Of a DNA stretch of 64,000 nucleotides, positions 34,962 to 45,639 are shown piece after piece; the first letter of the stretch is position 1, and every line of letters begins with the position of its first letter. The DNA is from an uncultured Gemmatimonadaceae bacterium (lineage in GTDB: Bacteria > Gemmatimonadota > Gemmatimonadetes > Gemmatimonadales > Gemmatimonadaceae), in assembly GCA_963790305.1 (NCBI GenBank), contig CAWBOC010000006.1, positions 32,001-96,000 of the forward strand. Reading direction: 5' to 3'. The translations under genes were made by a program, and so were the position numbers. The notes under the pieces were generated by a model. The model did no database searches. It was not told the origin of the DNA and worked only from the letters and a program-made list of their open reading frames with translations.

Positions 34962-36274
34962 CGACACGAGAGCGCTCGGGACATATGCGCCGCGATGTCC
35001 TCCTGCGAGGCGGTCGCATTCTCGATCCATCGCAAGGCATCGATGAGCTGGGCGACCTGCTGTTGCGCGGCGGCGTCGTGGAAGCGCACGGGCGATCCCT
35101 GGGGACGCCTGACGATGCCGACGTCATCGACTGCGGTGGGGCCGTGATTGCGCCAGGCTTCATTGACGTCCACTGCCACCTCCGCGAGCCTGGGCGCGAG
35201 GATGTGGAGACGATCGCGACCGGCGCGCGCGCCGCCGCCGCCGGTGGCTTCACGGCGGTGTGCGCGATGCCCAACACCGAGCCGGTGACCGACAATCAGG
35301 CTGCCGTCGGGTTTATCCTGCGCCAGGCGATGCGCGCCGGTGCGGCGCGCGTCTATCCGATCGGCGCGATTTCGCTCGGACAGCGCGGCGAGCAGCTGGC
35401 GGAATTCGGCGAGATGGTCGGGGCAGGGGCCGTCGCGGTCAGTGACGACGGCAAACCCGTCGCCTCCGCGCACCTCATGCGGACCGCACTCGAGTATGCG
35501 CAGTCGTTCGGCATTCCGGTGATCGATCACTGCGAGGAGCCGACGCTCGCGGCAGGCGGCGCGATGCACGAAGGCATCGTCAGCGCGCGTCTCGGCATCA
35601 AGGGCATTCCGAGCGAGGCCGAGGAGGTCATGGTCGCGCGTGACATTCTTCTGGCACGGCTGACCGGCGGTCACGTGCACTTGGCGCATATGAGCACTCG
35701 CGGATCGGTCGAGCTCATTCGATGGGGGAAGGCACAGGGCGTGGCGGTGACGGCCGAGGTCACGCCGCACCATTTGACGCTTACCGAGAATGCCTGCGAG
35801 GGCTACGACACGCACGCGAAGATGAATCCGCCGCTGCGCACCGCCGACGATCTCGAGGCGCTGCGGGAGGGGGTTCGCGACGGTACGATCGACGTCATCG
35901 CGACGGATCACGCGCCGCACCACTACGACGCGAAGGAACGCGAATTCGCTGACGCACCGTTTGGGATCGTCGGTCTCGAGACAGCGCTTGGCGTACTGCT
36001 CACCGACCTCGTTCACACCGGTATCGTCGACTTGTCGGTGCTGGTCGATCGCTTGGCGTGCGCGCCCGCGAGGCTCTTTCATCTGCCGGGCGGTACACTC
36101 GCGCGAGGCACACCCGCGCACGTCACGGTGTTCGATCCCACGCGGGAGTGGTCGGTGGAGCCAACGGCGTTCGTGTCGAAAGGTCGCAACACACCATACG
36201 CCGAGCGCTTGCTCCGTGGCCGCGCCATCGCCACGATCGTCGATGGGCACGTGATCTATCGACTCGAGGAATGA
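34958..36274 (+). CDS. pyrC: Dihydroorotase
   Basis: [34 protein letters not shown]. Confidence 0.95.
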   Translation: MTTRERSGHMRRDVLLRGGRILDPSQGIDELGDLLLRGGVVEAHGRSLGTPDDADVIDCGGAVIAPGFIDVHCHLREPGREDVETIATGARAAAAGGFTAVCAMPNTEPVTDNQAAVGFILRQAMRAGAARVYPIGAISLGQRGEQLAEFGEMVGAGAVAVSDDGKPVASAHLMRTALEYAQSFGIPVIDHCEEPTLAAGGAMHEGIVSARLGIKGIPSEAEEVMVARDILLARLTGGHVHLAHMSTRGSVELIRWGKAQGVAVTAEVTPHHLTLTENACEGYDTHAKMNPPLRTADDLEALREGVRDGTIDVIATDHAPHHYDAKEREFADAPFGIVGLETALGVLLTDLVHTGIVDLSVLVDRLACAPARLFHLPGGTLARGTPAHVTVFDPTREWSVEPTAFVSKGRNTPYAERLLRGRAIATIVDGHVIYRLEE

Positions 36275-36280
36275 TTCGAA

Positions 36281-36973
36281 GTGCCAGGCGCGGTCACCAC
36301 TCGGCGCGAGATCGTCACCGTTTGCCACCGCTTGTGGGAGCGCGGGCTGATCGCCGGCCCCGACGGAAATGTCTCCGTGCGCTTGAGCACGGATCGCATT
36401 CTGGTGACGCCGGCGGGGATGGCGAAGGTGGATGTTCGGCCCGAAGATCTGGTTGAAGTCGGTTCTGACGGTCGGCGCCTACGCGGGACCCGTCACCCGT
36501 CGAGCGAGCTAGCGGTGCACCTGCGCATCTACGCTCAGCGTCCCGATGTGGGCGCGATCGTCCACGCGCATCCCCCGATCGCGACGGGGTTCGCCGTTGC
36601 GGGAGAGGGGTTTGCCTCGTGCGTACTCCCGGAGGTTATCTTTCAGGTGGGCTGGGTGCCGCTCGTTCCGTACGAGATGCCGGGAACGGAGGCGCTTGCC
36701 CGGCAATTCGATCCGTTCATCCCGATGCACGACGCCTTCCTCATGGCGAATCATGGCGCGGTGACGGCCGGACCGACGTTGTCGATTGCACACCAACGGA
36801 TGGAAAGCCTGGAGCACGCGGCGCGCATCCTGCTCACTTCGCGGCTGCTCGGCCGTGTGAACGAGCTCTCGGCCGATCAGGTAGCTGCCCTCGTCGCGGC
36901 ACGCGGGCGCGCGGGATTCCCGGGACCGTATCCCGGGTGTCCGGCACCGGATGACCAGCGGAGACACGAATGA
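36281..36973 (+). CDS. Class II aldolase/adducin family protein
   Basis: GNVSVR, PSSELAVH, VHAH, MANHG. Confidence 0.9.
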   Translation: MPGAVTTRREIVTVCHRLWERGLIAGPDGNVSVRLSTDRILVTPAGMAKVDVRPEDLVEVGSDGRRLRGTRHPSSELAVHLRIYAQRPDVGAIVHAHPPIATGFAVAGEGFASCVLPEVIFQVGWVPLVPYEMPGTEALARQFDPFIPMHDAFLMANHGAVTAGPTLSIAHQRMESLEHAARILLTSRLLGRVNELSADQVAALVAARGRAGFPGPYPGCPAPDDQRRHE

Positions 36974-37806
36974 CCAATCCGCCCACGAACACTGCGTCGA
37001 ACGTCGCATTGCTCATGGCGGAGCGTGCGCGGTTCGAATCGTGGCTCGCCGCGCTCGAGGCGCGCCGCGATTCGACACCCGCGCACATCTATCAGCGCGT
37101 TCATGGCGACTACGCGCTCCGATTGCAGAAGGTGGTCGATCAGCTGCTCACGCACATGTCGGACATCGAGGCGGCCGCGAAATCGCTCGCCGAGCGGCTC
37201 GGGGAGCTCGAGCGCGGCGAGGCGAAGCATCGCGACGAGCGGTCGGAAGCCGAGTTGCGCGCCTCGGTTGGCGAATTGTCGGCTGATGCCTACGACGAAA
37301 TCCTGCGACGCACCGATGAGGCGACAGCGTCGATCGCGCTGGAGCGAACGCAGGCGAGCGTCGAGCTGACGCGGCTGCGCGAGGTGCTGGCGCTGAACGC
37401 GCCGAAGAGCGGGACGCCGCGTGAGGCCATGACTCGTGAGGCACGCACCCCGGCCGCGCCGATCGCGCCGACGAAAGCGACGCCGTCACGCCCGGAAAGC
37501 GGTGGGGTCGGCTTCGACGAGCTGGAGTTTCTCAAATCGGTGGTCGACTCTCGTGGCCGGCCGGTGAACCCCACGCCGTCGGCGGGTCAGGCAGCGAGCG
37601 AAGCGCAGAGCAATCCATTTGGGCTCGGCATTCCCTCGGAGCCAGCGTCGCCGCATATGCCTCGGCAGTCCACCCAGGTGCCGTCATTCCTCAAGGATGT
37701 GCCGAGCGAGCAGGTGAAAACGCTCAAGTGCCAGGAGTGCAGCACCATGAACTACCCGACGGAATGGTACTGCGAGCGATGCGGCGCTGAGCTCGCTGCG
37801 CTGTAG
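36970..37806 (+). CDS. Hypothetical coiled-coil protein with C-terminal zinc ribbon
   Basis: Heptad-rich N-terminus, Pro-rich linker, KCQECSTMNYPTEWYCERCG. Confidence 0.8.
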   Translation: MTNPPTNTASNVALLMAERARFESWLAALEARRDSTPAHIYQRVHGDYALRLQKVVDQLLTHMSDIEAAAKSLAERLGELERGEAKHRDERSEAELRASVGELSADAYDEILRRTDEATASIALERTQASVELTRLREVLALNAPKSGTPREAMTREARTPAAPIAPTKATPSRPESGGVGFDELEFLKSVVDSRGRPVNPTPSAGQAASEAQSNPFGLGIPSEPASPHMPRQSTQVPSFLKDVPSEQVKTLKCQECSTMNYPTEWYCERCGAELAAL

Positions 37807-37808
37807 CA

Positions 37809-37845
37809 CAAAAAAAACCCGGGCACCTGCCCGGGTTTCATTTTT
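37809..37845. terminator. Bidirectional intrinsic terminator
   Basis: A-tract, CCCGGGCA-CC-TGCCCGGG stem, TTTCATTTTT, between convergent genes. Confidence 0.85.
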
Positions 37846-37860
37846 GTCGATCGGTACGAT

Positions 37861-38097
37861 CTACTTGGACGCCTTCGCGAGTCGGCTCTTGTACCGCGCG
37901 GCGGCGTTGCGATGAATGAGGCCCTTGCGAGCGGCGCGATCGAGCAGGCTGATCGCTCCGAGACGGTTCTCGTTGGTGGCGTTCGCGTCGGTGGCCTTCT
38001 TGAGGGCGGTGCGAAGGGCCGAGCGCTGCGCGCGATTGCGCACCGCGGCGGCACGCGACTTCCGCATGTTCTTCTCGGCGGACTTGATATTCGGCAC
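37861..38097 (-). CDS. rpsT: 30S ribosomal protein S20
   Basis: PNIKSAEK, LDRAARKGLIHRNAAARYKSRL. Confidence 0.97.
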   Translation of the reverse strand: MPNIKSAEKNMRKSRAAAVRNRAQRSALRTALKKATDANATNENRLGAISLLDRAARKGLIHRNAAARYKSRLAKASK

Positions 38098-38147
38098 GAC
38101 GAAACTCTCCGGAGAGGCGATGATGCGACTGCGATTTCGGAGGGCGA

Positions 38148-38176
38148 AAGCTAGGCCGCGAGATCACGGATGTCAA
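38148..38176 (-). promoter_or_regulatory. Putative sigma70 promoter for rpsT
   Basis: Minus strand TTGACA-17 nt-TAGCTT. Confidence 0.65.
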
Positions 38177-38190
38177 GGCGCCACATGGCT

Positions 38191-38219
38191 TTGACATCAT
38201 TTCACGCGGCGGGTACCTT
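38191..38219 (+). promoter_or_regulatory. Putative sigma70 promoter for the S2P-scpAB operon
   Basis: TTGACA-17 nt-TACCTT. Confidence 0.65.
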
Positions 38220-38266
38220 ACGCGCGGTCCAATGCGTGGACCGCGCTCACTTCCACCGCGCCGCGC

Positions 38267-38947
38267 TTGAATCTTGAACAGTTCCTGCTTGCACTGCCGG
38301 TCCTCCTGTTCTCGATGATCGCGCACGAGTATGCGCACGGATACGCGGCGCTCAAGCAGGGCGACCCCACGGCATACCAGCTGGGCCGGCTGACGTGGAA
38401 TCCGATCAAGCACATCGATCCTTTTCTGACGATCCTCATGCCCGCGTTGACCTTCTTCTGGTCGAATGGGGGAATGATCTTCGGCGGCGCCAAGCCAGTG
38501 CCGGTGGTACCGCGTAACTATCGCAACTTCAAGCGCGGCGACATCATCGTGTCGCTCGCTGGCGTCGCCGCCAATGCGGTGATCGCGCTCGTATGTGTCG
38601 TGCTCGCCGTCGTCGTGGGTGCCATTGGTCGAAGCGCGCCAGGCGCGGCGGAAGTGCTCGGGTATGCGCAGGACATGTTGCGGTTCGGCATTCTGATCAA
38701 CCTCGTGCTGATCATGTTCAATCTGCTGCCGGTGCCGCCGCTCGACGGATCGCACGTGATGAAGTACCTGCTGCCACCTGCATGGGCGCTGCAGTACCAG
38801 CGCATTGGAGCGTACGGATTGCTGATCCTCATCCTGCTGCTCTCCTTTGCGCCGGCCGTGATCGCGACCTGGATGGCGCCGGTCCGTCTGTTGATGGGCG
38901 TCGCGACGCGCCTCATCGCGCCATTTGACCTTCGGGAGCCGACGTGA
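38267..38947 (+). CDS. Site-2 protease (M50) family
   Basis: HEYAH, GDPTA, AKPVPV, FNLLPVPPLDG. Confidence 0.93.
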   Translation: MNLEQFLLALPVLLFSMIAHEYAHGYAALKQGDPTAYQLGRLTWNPIKHIDPFLTILMPALTFFWSNGGMIFGGAKPVPVVPRNYRNFKRGDIIVSLAGVAANAVIALVCVVLAVVVGAIGRSAPGAAEVLGYAQDMLRFGILINLVLIMFNLLPVPPLDGSHVMKYLLPPAWALQYQRIGAYGLLILILLLSFAPAVIATWMAPVRLLMGVATRLIAPFDLREPT

Positions 38948-39678
38948 GCGCAACCCTCGAGGCGGAAGCCACCAGAACGTTCATCGTCGAGCTCGACCAA
39001 TTCTCCGGTCCGCTCGATCTTCTCCTCGCCCTCATTCGCGAGGAGGAAGTGGAGATCACCGACATTCCGATTGCGCGCATCTGCGAGCAGTTTCTCGCCC
39101 GCATTCACGGGCTCGAGCTGAGCGATGCGGCGGAATACCTCGAGATGGCGGCGCGGCTCCTTCGCATCAAGGCGCAGATGCTGCTGCCGCGGTCGCAAGA
39201 CGACGAGAGTTGGGAGGATCCGCGTGCCGAGCTGGTACGGCGGCTCCTCGAGTACCAGCAGATGCGCGAAGTCGTCGACGTGCTCGAGGATCGGTCGGAG
39301 GATCGGCGCAACCGCTTCGCGCGCGGCTGGCTCCCGGCCGAGCCGAGTCCGCCCTCGAGCCCGCTCGCGCTGTCGCTTCCGGAGCTGCTCTCCGCGGTTG
39401 ATCGAGTGCTCCGCGTCGCCACGCGACCGCTGCTGCATGACATCGTGCCGCGCGCGCTCGACGTCGACGGTGCGATGGCGGCCATTCGTGCCGTACTCAG
39501 CCTGCGCGCCGTCGCGCGCTGGTCCGATGTCGTTCGCCCTGGCGCCGAGCCCTGGCAAGTACTCTCCGCGTTACTGGCGCTGCTCGAGCTGGCGCGCCGC
39601 GGTGAGCTCAAGCTCGCGCAGGTTCGCCCCTTCGCCATCGTCGAGATCTCGCGTGACGCCGCTAGCGAAGCTGCTTGA
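38944..39678 (+). CDS. scpA: Segregation/condensation protein A
   Basis: FSGPLDLLL, AAEYLEMAARLLRIKAQMLLP, LALLEL. Confidence 0.93.
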   Translation: MSATLEAEATRTFIVELDQFSGPLDLLLALIREEEVEITDIPIARICEQFLARIHGLELSDAAEYLEMAARLLRIKAQMLLPRSQDDESWEDPRAELVRRLLEYQQMREVVDVLEDRSEDRRNRFARGWLPAEPSPPSSPLALSLPELLSAVDRVLRVATRPLLHDIVPRALDVDGAMAAIRAVLSLRAVARWSDVVRPGAEPWQVLSALLALLELARRGELKLAQVRPFAIVEISRDAASEAA

Positions 39679-40222
39679 GGCGGCGCTGTTCGCGAGCGGC
39701 CGTCCGATCCCGACGGACGAGCTCGCGGCGCTCGACGAGGATTCAAGCGCCGCCGCCGTTGCCGCGGCCCTCGATGAGATACGCGAGCATTACGACGTCG
39801 AGGGCCACGGCGTGGAGCTGGTGGAGATCGCTGGCGGCTGGCAGATCCTGACTCGGGCGGAGTACACCGAGGCGATCGAGCGGGCGCAGCTCGCGGCGCG
39901 GCCGCAGCGGCTGTCCGGCGCGGCGCTGGAGACACTCGCCATCATCGCCTATCGCCAGCCGATCTCGCGCGCCGACATCGAGGAGATCCGCGGTGTCGCG
40001 GTGGGCGGTGTCCTCAAGTCCCTGCACGAGCGTGGACTGATCGACGTCGTCGGTCGTGCCGAGGGGCTGGGACGTCCGCTGCTGTACGGAACGACTCCAC
40101 TTTTCCTCGAGCATTTCGCGCTCCGGCACCTGGAGGAGCTCCCGCGGGCCGACGAGCTCGCGATCGCGCTCCGGGTGGTTGCGTCCTCCGACGCCACGCC
40201 GTCGCCTAACGCGGCCGAGTGA
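39653..40222 (+). CDS. scpB: Segregation/condensation protein B
   Basis: [41 protein letters not shown]. Confidence 0.93.
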   Translation: MTPLAKLLEAALFASGRPIPTDELAALDEDSSAAAVAAALDEIREHYDVEGHGVELVEIAGGWQILTRAEYTEAIERAQLAARPQRLSGAALETLAIIAYRQPISRADIEEIRGVAVGGVLKSLHERGLIDVVGRAEGLGRPLLYGTTPLFLEHFALRHLEELPRADELAIALRVVASSDATPSPNAAE

Positions 40223-40227
40223 GGCCG

Positions 40228-40948
40228 ATGGTGGCGATGCGCATCCAGCGGGCGTTGGCTCGCGCCGGCGTCGCATCACGGCGCGGGGCGGAAGCGCTCG
40301 TCGTCGCCGGACGGGTGACCGTCAACGGCACGCCCGCCCGCACCGGGCAGAGCGTGGATCCGGAGCGGGACAGCATCGCCGTCGATGGGCGCCCGGTCGT
40401 CGCGCAGACGGTCACCGCCTGGCTGGTGATGAACAAGCCCGGCGGAGTGCTCACCACGCGGTCCGACCCCCAGGGTCGTCGCACGATCTTCGACCTGGTC
40501 CCCTCGATGCCGGGGCTCACCTACGTGGGCCGGCTCGATTATCTGACCGAAGGCGTTCTGTTGTTGACGACGGACGGCGATGGCGCGCACGCGCTCACGC
40601 ACCCCAGTCGTGCGGTCGAGCGCGAGTACGTCGCGACAGTGCGAGGGAATGCCGCAGCGGCGGTTCGCATCGCCCGCCGGGGCGTGGACCTCGAGGACGG
40701 GCCGGTGCGGTTGCAGGACATTCGATGCCACCTCGCTCGGGGGCGGGCGGTGGGAGGTTCGCGTGCTCATTGCCGAAGGGCGGAACCGTGAAGTGCGCCG
40801 GCTCTGCCTCGCGTTAGGCCTGGAAGTCGACCGCCTCGTACGGACGCGCTTTGGCCCGGTGACGCTCGGCAAGCTCGCCCCCGGAGCGACGCGCAAGCTG
40901 ACCGCGCGCGAACGGGAGATCATCGACGCGCTCGTTCGCGAGCGCTGA
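40228..40948 (+). CDS. rRNA pseudouridine synthase, RluB/RsuA family (frameshift near 40722)
   Basis: S4 domain ([10 protein letters not shown]), [18 protein letters not shown] in the shifted frame. Confidence 0.9.
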
Positions 40949-40953
40949 GCGTC

Positions 40954-42579
40954 ATGGAAATCCGCGACTCGACGGTGCTCCTGCTGGGCGGCGCAGGGCT
41001 GGTTGGCACGGCGGTGGCGCGCCGGCTCGCTCAGCATCAGCCGCGGCGGCTGGTCATTACCGCGCTCACGCGCGCGGAGGCGGAAGCGGGAGTTCGCGAG
41101 CTCGAAGGAGAGTTGGGCGTCCCCGTCGAGGCCCGGTGGGGGAACATCTTCCTGCCCAGCGACCTCGCCGAGCGGAGCCGCGACGATCTCATGCGCGATC
41201 CCGCCGCTCGGCGACGCATGACCGATGACGTGTTCCGCCCGGCGAGCGCGGCCTTCGACGAGAATCTCCTCTTTCAGTGGCTGACGACGATTCGCCCCGA
41301 CGCCGTCGTCGACTGCGTCAACAGCGCAACCGCCCTGGCGTACCAGGATGTCTTCGCGAGCTCGTCGCGTCTGATGGACGCGGCGACGCGCGGAAGTGCG
41401 AGCGTCGAGGAGGTCGAGCGCCACCTGCTGACGCTACCGTTGCCACAGATCATTCGACACATGCAGACCCTGTTCGAGGGACTGCGGCGTGCGGGGACCA
41501 AGGCGTATGTGAAGATCGGGACCAGCGGCACGGGCGGGATGGGGCTGAACATCCCGTACACGCACAGCGAGGAGAAGCCGTCGCGGACGCTGATGTCCAA
41601 GTCCGCGGTCGCGGGCGCGCAGAGCATGTTTCTCTTTCTCATGGCGCGGACGCCGGGTGCACCCGCCACGATCGAGATCAAGCCGACGGCGGTGATCGGG
41701 TGGAAGGAGATCGGCTATGGGCCGGTGCGGCGGGGTGGGCGTCCCGTCGAGCTCGTCGACTGCGAGACGCCAATGCGTGTGGCCGACGCCTTCGCTCCTG
41801 GCGCTGACGGATGGACGAAGACCGGGCGCCACCTCGAGAGCGTCTTCATTAATGTCGGCGAGAACGGCGTCTTCGCGCGCGACGAATTCGAGACGGTCAC
41901 GGCGCTCGGACAGATGGAGCTGGTGACGCCGGAAGAGATCGCCGACGCCGTGATCATGGAGCTCACGGGGCATCCGACCGGGAAGGACGTCGTTGCGGCA
42001 TTGGACGGCGCGACGTTCGGTCCGACCTATCGTGGCGGGTACCTTCGATCGGTCGCCATTGCCGGCCTCCGAGCGCTCGAGGAGCGGCATGGCGTGCGGT
42101 CGGTCGCCTTCGAGATGCTGGGACCGCCGCGACTCACCAAGCTGCTCTTCGAAGCGTACCTGATCGGTCGGCTGTATCCCTCGGTGCGCGCGCTGGCGAT
42201 GGCTGATGCGGACTGCGCGGCGCGCGATTGCGAGCGCCTCGTTCGCGAGACGGAGCCGATGGTGCGGCGGCAGATCCTGTCCGTGGGCATCCCGATCCTG
42301 CTCGCGAATGGCGAGCACGTCCTGCGAGGCGAGAAGGTCGTCGTTCCGCCCGAGGATCGTGGCGCGGACATCGCGTATCGGGGGTGGGTGGACCTGCGGC
42401 CGGCCAATCTGGCGCTCTGGATCAAGCGAGCCGCCGGAATCGCCGCGGTCGAGCCGGACCCGCGAACGGGCTCGAGCGCCCGCTGGACCGCGATCGATCC
42501 GGACGCGCCGATCGAGCCTGCACGCATGGCGGTGTGGGTGTTCGAGGAAGAAGACGAGGGGTATAGGATAAAGCGCTAG
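40954..42579 (+). CDS. Uncharacterised NAD(P)-binding Rossmann-fold protein
   Basis: [10 protein letters not shown]; internal motif [21 protein letters not shown]; 541 aa. Confidence 0.75.
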   Translation: MEIRDSTVLLLGGAGLVGTAVARRLAQHQPRRLVITALTRAEAEAGVRELEGELGVPVEARWGNIFLPSDLAERSRDDLMRDPAARRRMTDDVFRPASAAFDENLLFQWLTTIRPDAVVDCVNSATALAYQDVFASSSRLMDAATRGSASVEEVERHLLTLPLPQIIRHMQTLFEGLRRAGTKAYVKIGTSGTGGMGLNIPYTHSEEKPSRTLMSKSAVAGAQSMFLFLMARTPGAPATIEIKPTAVIGWKEIGYGPVRRGGRPVELVDCETPMRVADAFAPGADGWTKTGRHLESVFINVGENGVFARDEFETVTALGQMELVTPEEIADAVIMELTGHPTGKDVVAALDGATFGPTYRGGYLRSVAIAGLRALEERHGVRSVAFEMLGPPRLTKLLFEAYLIGRLYPSVRALAMADADCAARDCERLVRETEPMVRRQILSVGIPILLANGEHVLRGEKVVVPPEDRGADIAYRGWVDLRPANLALWIKRAAGIAAVEPDPRTGSSARWTAIDPDAPIEPARMAVWVFEEEDEGYRIKR

Positions 42580-42645
42580 AGGCGCTAGAGGCGCTAAAGG
42601 CGCTTGTCTCAGCGCCTTTAGCGCCTCTAGCGCCTTTAGCGCTTT
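42570..42645. repeat. 35-bp inverted repeat built from tandem 9-mers (GCGCTAGAG/GCGCTAAAG)
   Basis: AAAGCGCTAGAGGCGCTAGAGGCGCTAAAGGCGCT-TGTCTC-AGCGCCTTTAGCGCCTCTAGCGCCTTTAGCGCTTT, one G:T pair. Confidence 0.92.
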
Positions 42646-42679
42646 GATACACTGCACCGAACCGTTCACGAGGATCTCA

Positions 42680-43658
42680 ATGGCCACCCGCACCGCCGCC
42701 CCCGCTGCCGACACCGCGCTCGTCCAGGGCATCATCACGCAGGTCGGCAAGCGTGTCGTGGGTCAGGAGTACATGGTCGAGCGCCTGCTCATCGGGCTCC
42801 TCACCGGCGGACACGTGCTGCTCGAGGGAGTTCCAGGGCTCGCCAAGACGCTCACGGTGAAAACGCTGGCCGAGACGATCAGCACCTCGTTTCAGCGCAT
42901 CCAGTTCACGCCCGATCTTCTTCCGGCCGACGTCATCGGGACGATGGTCTTCGATCAGGGCACCGGTCAGTTCAGCGCCAAGAAGGGACCGATCTTCGCC
43001 AACATCATTCTCGCCGACGAGATCAACCGTGCCCCGGCGAAGGTGCAGGCGGCATTGCTCGAGGCGATGCAGGAGAAGCAGGTGACGATCGGCGGAACGA
43101 CGCATCGTCTCGAGGAGCCCTTCCTCGTGCTCGCGACGCAGAATCCCATCGAGCAGGAAGGCACATATCAGTTGCCCGAGGCGCAGGTCGATCGCTTCAT
43201 GCTCAAGCTGCACGTCGGACTACCCCACGCGCGACGAGGAAAAGGAGATCATGCGCCGCATGGCGAGCGGCGATCCGATTCCGGTCCAGCACGCCTCCAC
43301 GCCGCAGCAGGTGCTCGATGCGCGCCGTCGCATCGCCGACCTGTACGTCGACGAGCGCATCATGGACTACATCGTTGACATCGTCCACGCGACGCGCAAA
43401 CCGGAAGAGGCGGGGCTCAAGGAGCTCGCTCCACTCATCGAATACGGCGCCAGTCCGAGAGCCACGATCTTCCTCGCGCAGGGCGCCCGCGCGCACGCCT
43501 TCCTTCGCGGCCGCAACTTCGTGACGCCGGACGACGTGAAAGCCATCGGTCCGGACATCCTGCGGCATCGCGTGCTGACGACGTACGAAGCGGAAGCCGA
43601 GGAAGTCACGAGCGACGTCATCGTCAAGAAGATCCTGGCTGCGATCGAGAGCCCGTGA
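42680..43658 (+). CDS. moxR: MoxR AAA+ ATPase (frameshift near 43219)
   Basis: [52 protein letters not shown]. Confidence 0.93.
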
Positions 43659-44683
43659 GCAAGCGCGGAACGGAGCGCGCGGCTGCCGCCACGGCCGACC
43701 GGGGCGACCGCCGGCGCGAGGCGTCGCGCGCGTCGGGGAGCGTGCCGGTCGCGTCGGCCCCACCCGCGCGGGCGCGCACCGCAACATCGGCCCGCGCCGT
43801 TCCACCGGAAGTCTTGCGGCAGGTCAAGCTCCTCGAGATTCGAACACGCGGCCTCGTGAACTCCCTCTTCACCGGCGAGTATCACTCGGTATTCAAGGGG
43901 CAGGGGATGGAATTCGCGGAGGTCCGCGAGTATCAGCCCGGTGATGAAGTGCGCACCATCGACTGGAACGTCACGGCGCGCATGGGCCACCCCTACGTCA
44001 AGCGCTACATCGAGGAGCGTGAGCTCACCGTGATGCTCGCCATCGATCTGTCCGGCTCGGAGCGGTTCGGCACCCAGGCGCGATTCAAGAGCGAGCTCGC
44101 GAGCGAGCTGAGCGCGGTGCTCGCCATGTCCGCGGTGCGCAACAACGACCGTGTCGGCGCTCTGCTATTCACCGACCGCGCGGAGCACGTGGTGCCCCCC
44201 GGCAAGGGACGGCGGCACGTCCTCCGCCTCGTGCGTGACGTGCTCGCCTTCGAGCCCGAAGGGCGAAAGACCGACATTGCCGCCGCCGCCGACTATCTGG
44301 CGAAGATGCTCTCGCACCACACCATCATTTTCCTCATCTCCGACTTCATCGCCCAGAACATCGAGCGCCCGCTCAAGATTCTGGCCCAGCGCCACGACGT
44401 GGTCGCGGTGACCATGGAGGACCCGCGCGAGATCACGCTCCCCAACGTCGGCCTTGCGCGGTTCGTCGATCCGGAGAGCGGCACGACCGTCACGGTCGAC
44501 ACGAGCGACACGGGCGTGCGCAAGGCGTTCGAGGAGATGGCGGGCGCGGAGCGCGCCGAGCGGCGCCGTCTCTTTCGGCGTCTGGCGATCGACGAGATCG
44601 TCGTTCGCACCGACGCGAGCTACATCGAGCCGCTCATGAAATTCTTTCGCGCGCGTGAGACGCGGGGCGGGCGACGCCGGTGA
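43655..44683 (+). CDS. DUF58 protein
   Basis: GMEFAEVREYQPGD, IDWNVTAR, EERE, DLSGS, ISDF. Confidence 0.93.
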   Translation: MSKRGTERAAAATADRGDRRREASRASGSVPVASAPPARARTATSARAVPPEVLRQVKLLEIRTRGLVNSLFTGEYHSVFKGQGMEFAEVREYQPGDEVRTIDWNVTARMGHPYVKRYIEERELTVMLAIDLSGSERFGTQARFKSELASELSAVLAMSAVRNNDRVGALLFTDRAEHVVPPGKGRRHVLRLVRDVLAFEPEGRKTDIAAAADYLAKMLSHHTIIFLISDFIAQNIERPLKILAQRHDVVAVTMEDPREITLPNVGLARFVDPESGTTVTVDTSDTGVRKAFEEMAGAERAERRRLFRRLAIDEIVVRTDASYIEPLMKFFRARETRGGRRR

Positions 44684-45639
44684 TCGGGATTACCCTGGTG
44701 CTCGTTATGCAGGCCGGGGCGCCGCCACCGGCGCCCGCGGCACAGGAGCAACCTGCTCAGGGGGTTCAGCTGGGCGTCGCCGTTCGTCCCGAGACGGTGA
44801 CCGTCGGCACCCGGTTCATCGTCTCGGCGCGCCTGCGCGCACCCGACGGCGCGACGATCGCCTGGCCCACCGCCCCCGACACCTCGGAGACGATCGAGAT
44901 CGTCAGCTCGCGCATGCTCGATTCCGCGAGCGATTCGCTGCGCACGGAGGAAACGGCTCGCTGGCGGCTCGCCGCTTGGGACACCGGCACGATCACCATC
45001 GTGTTCGAGGATGCGGTCGTGACGGGAATGGACCTCGAGCGACGTGTCCCGCTACGGGCGCACGTATACGTTCGAAGCGTCCTCCCACCCGACACGGCGC
45101 TGCACGTTCCGAAGCCCCCGCGCGACATCATGGCAGCCGATCCGCCGTGGTGGCGCTGGGTGGCGCTCGCGCTCCTCGTGCTCGCGATCATCGGCCTGCT
45201 CCTCTGGTGGTACCTCCGCCGCCGGCGTCGAAAGCCGGCGCCGATACCGGTCGACGCGATGCAGTACGCCGAGCGCGAGTTTACGCGAGTCGAGCGCATG
45301 GGGCTGCTCGAGGCGGGAGAGCGCGGTCGCTTCGTCGCGCTCATGGTCGAGGTGCTCCGGGACTACCTGGCACTTCGCTTACCCGGTGCGGCACCATCGT
45401 TGACGAGCACGGAGCTCATACGCTTCCTGCGATCGCGTTCGGATCTTCCGGTGCAGCGGCTCGCCGCCATCCTCAACGAAGCCGATCTCGTCAAGTTCGC
45501 GCGGCGCTCGGTTACCGGCGAACGTGCCCGCGAGATTGGCCAGGAAGCGCGCACGATTGTTCGTGAGGTCGAGGAGGTTACCGCTCGAGACCGCGCGCTC
45601 GCGGCGGCTGCTGCGGCAGCGGCGGAGAAGGCGGCGTGA
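44680..45639 (+). CDS. Membrane-anchored Bat-operon protein
   Basis: Exported Ig-like region, TM helix followed by RRRRRK, LRDYL...TSTEL...ADLVKFA. Confidence 0.75.
   Translation: MIGITLVLVMQAGAPPPAPAAQEQPAQGVQLGVAVRPETVTVGTRFIVSARLRAPDGATIAWPTAPDTSETIEIVSSRMLDSASDSLRTEETARWRLAAWDTGTITIVFEDAVVTGMDLERRVPLRAHVYVRSVLPPDTALHVPKPPRDIMAADPPWWRWVALALLVLAIIGLLLWWYLRRRRRKPAPIPVDAMQYAEREFTRVERMGLLEAGERGRFVALMVEVLRDYLALRLPGAAPSLTSTELIRFLRSRSDLPVQRLAAILNEADLVKFARRSVTGERAREIGQEARTIVREVEEVTARDRALAAAAAAAAEKAA

Noticed and set aside
38171..38196. TGTCAA-N14-TTGACA palindrome as a repressor operator
   Set aside because: Fully explained by back-to-back -35 boxes of the divergent rpsT and S2P promoters, each with a -10 at 17 nt.
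42570..42645. CRISPR array
   Set aside because: Units are 9 nt, contiguous, without spacers and inverted; no cas genes.
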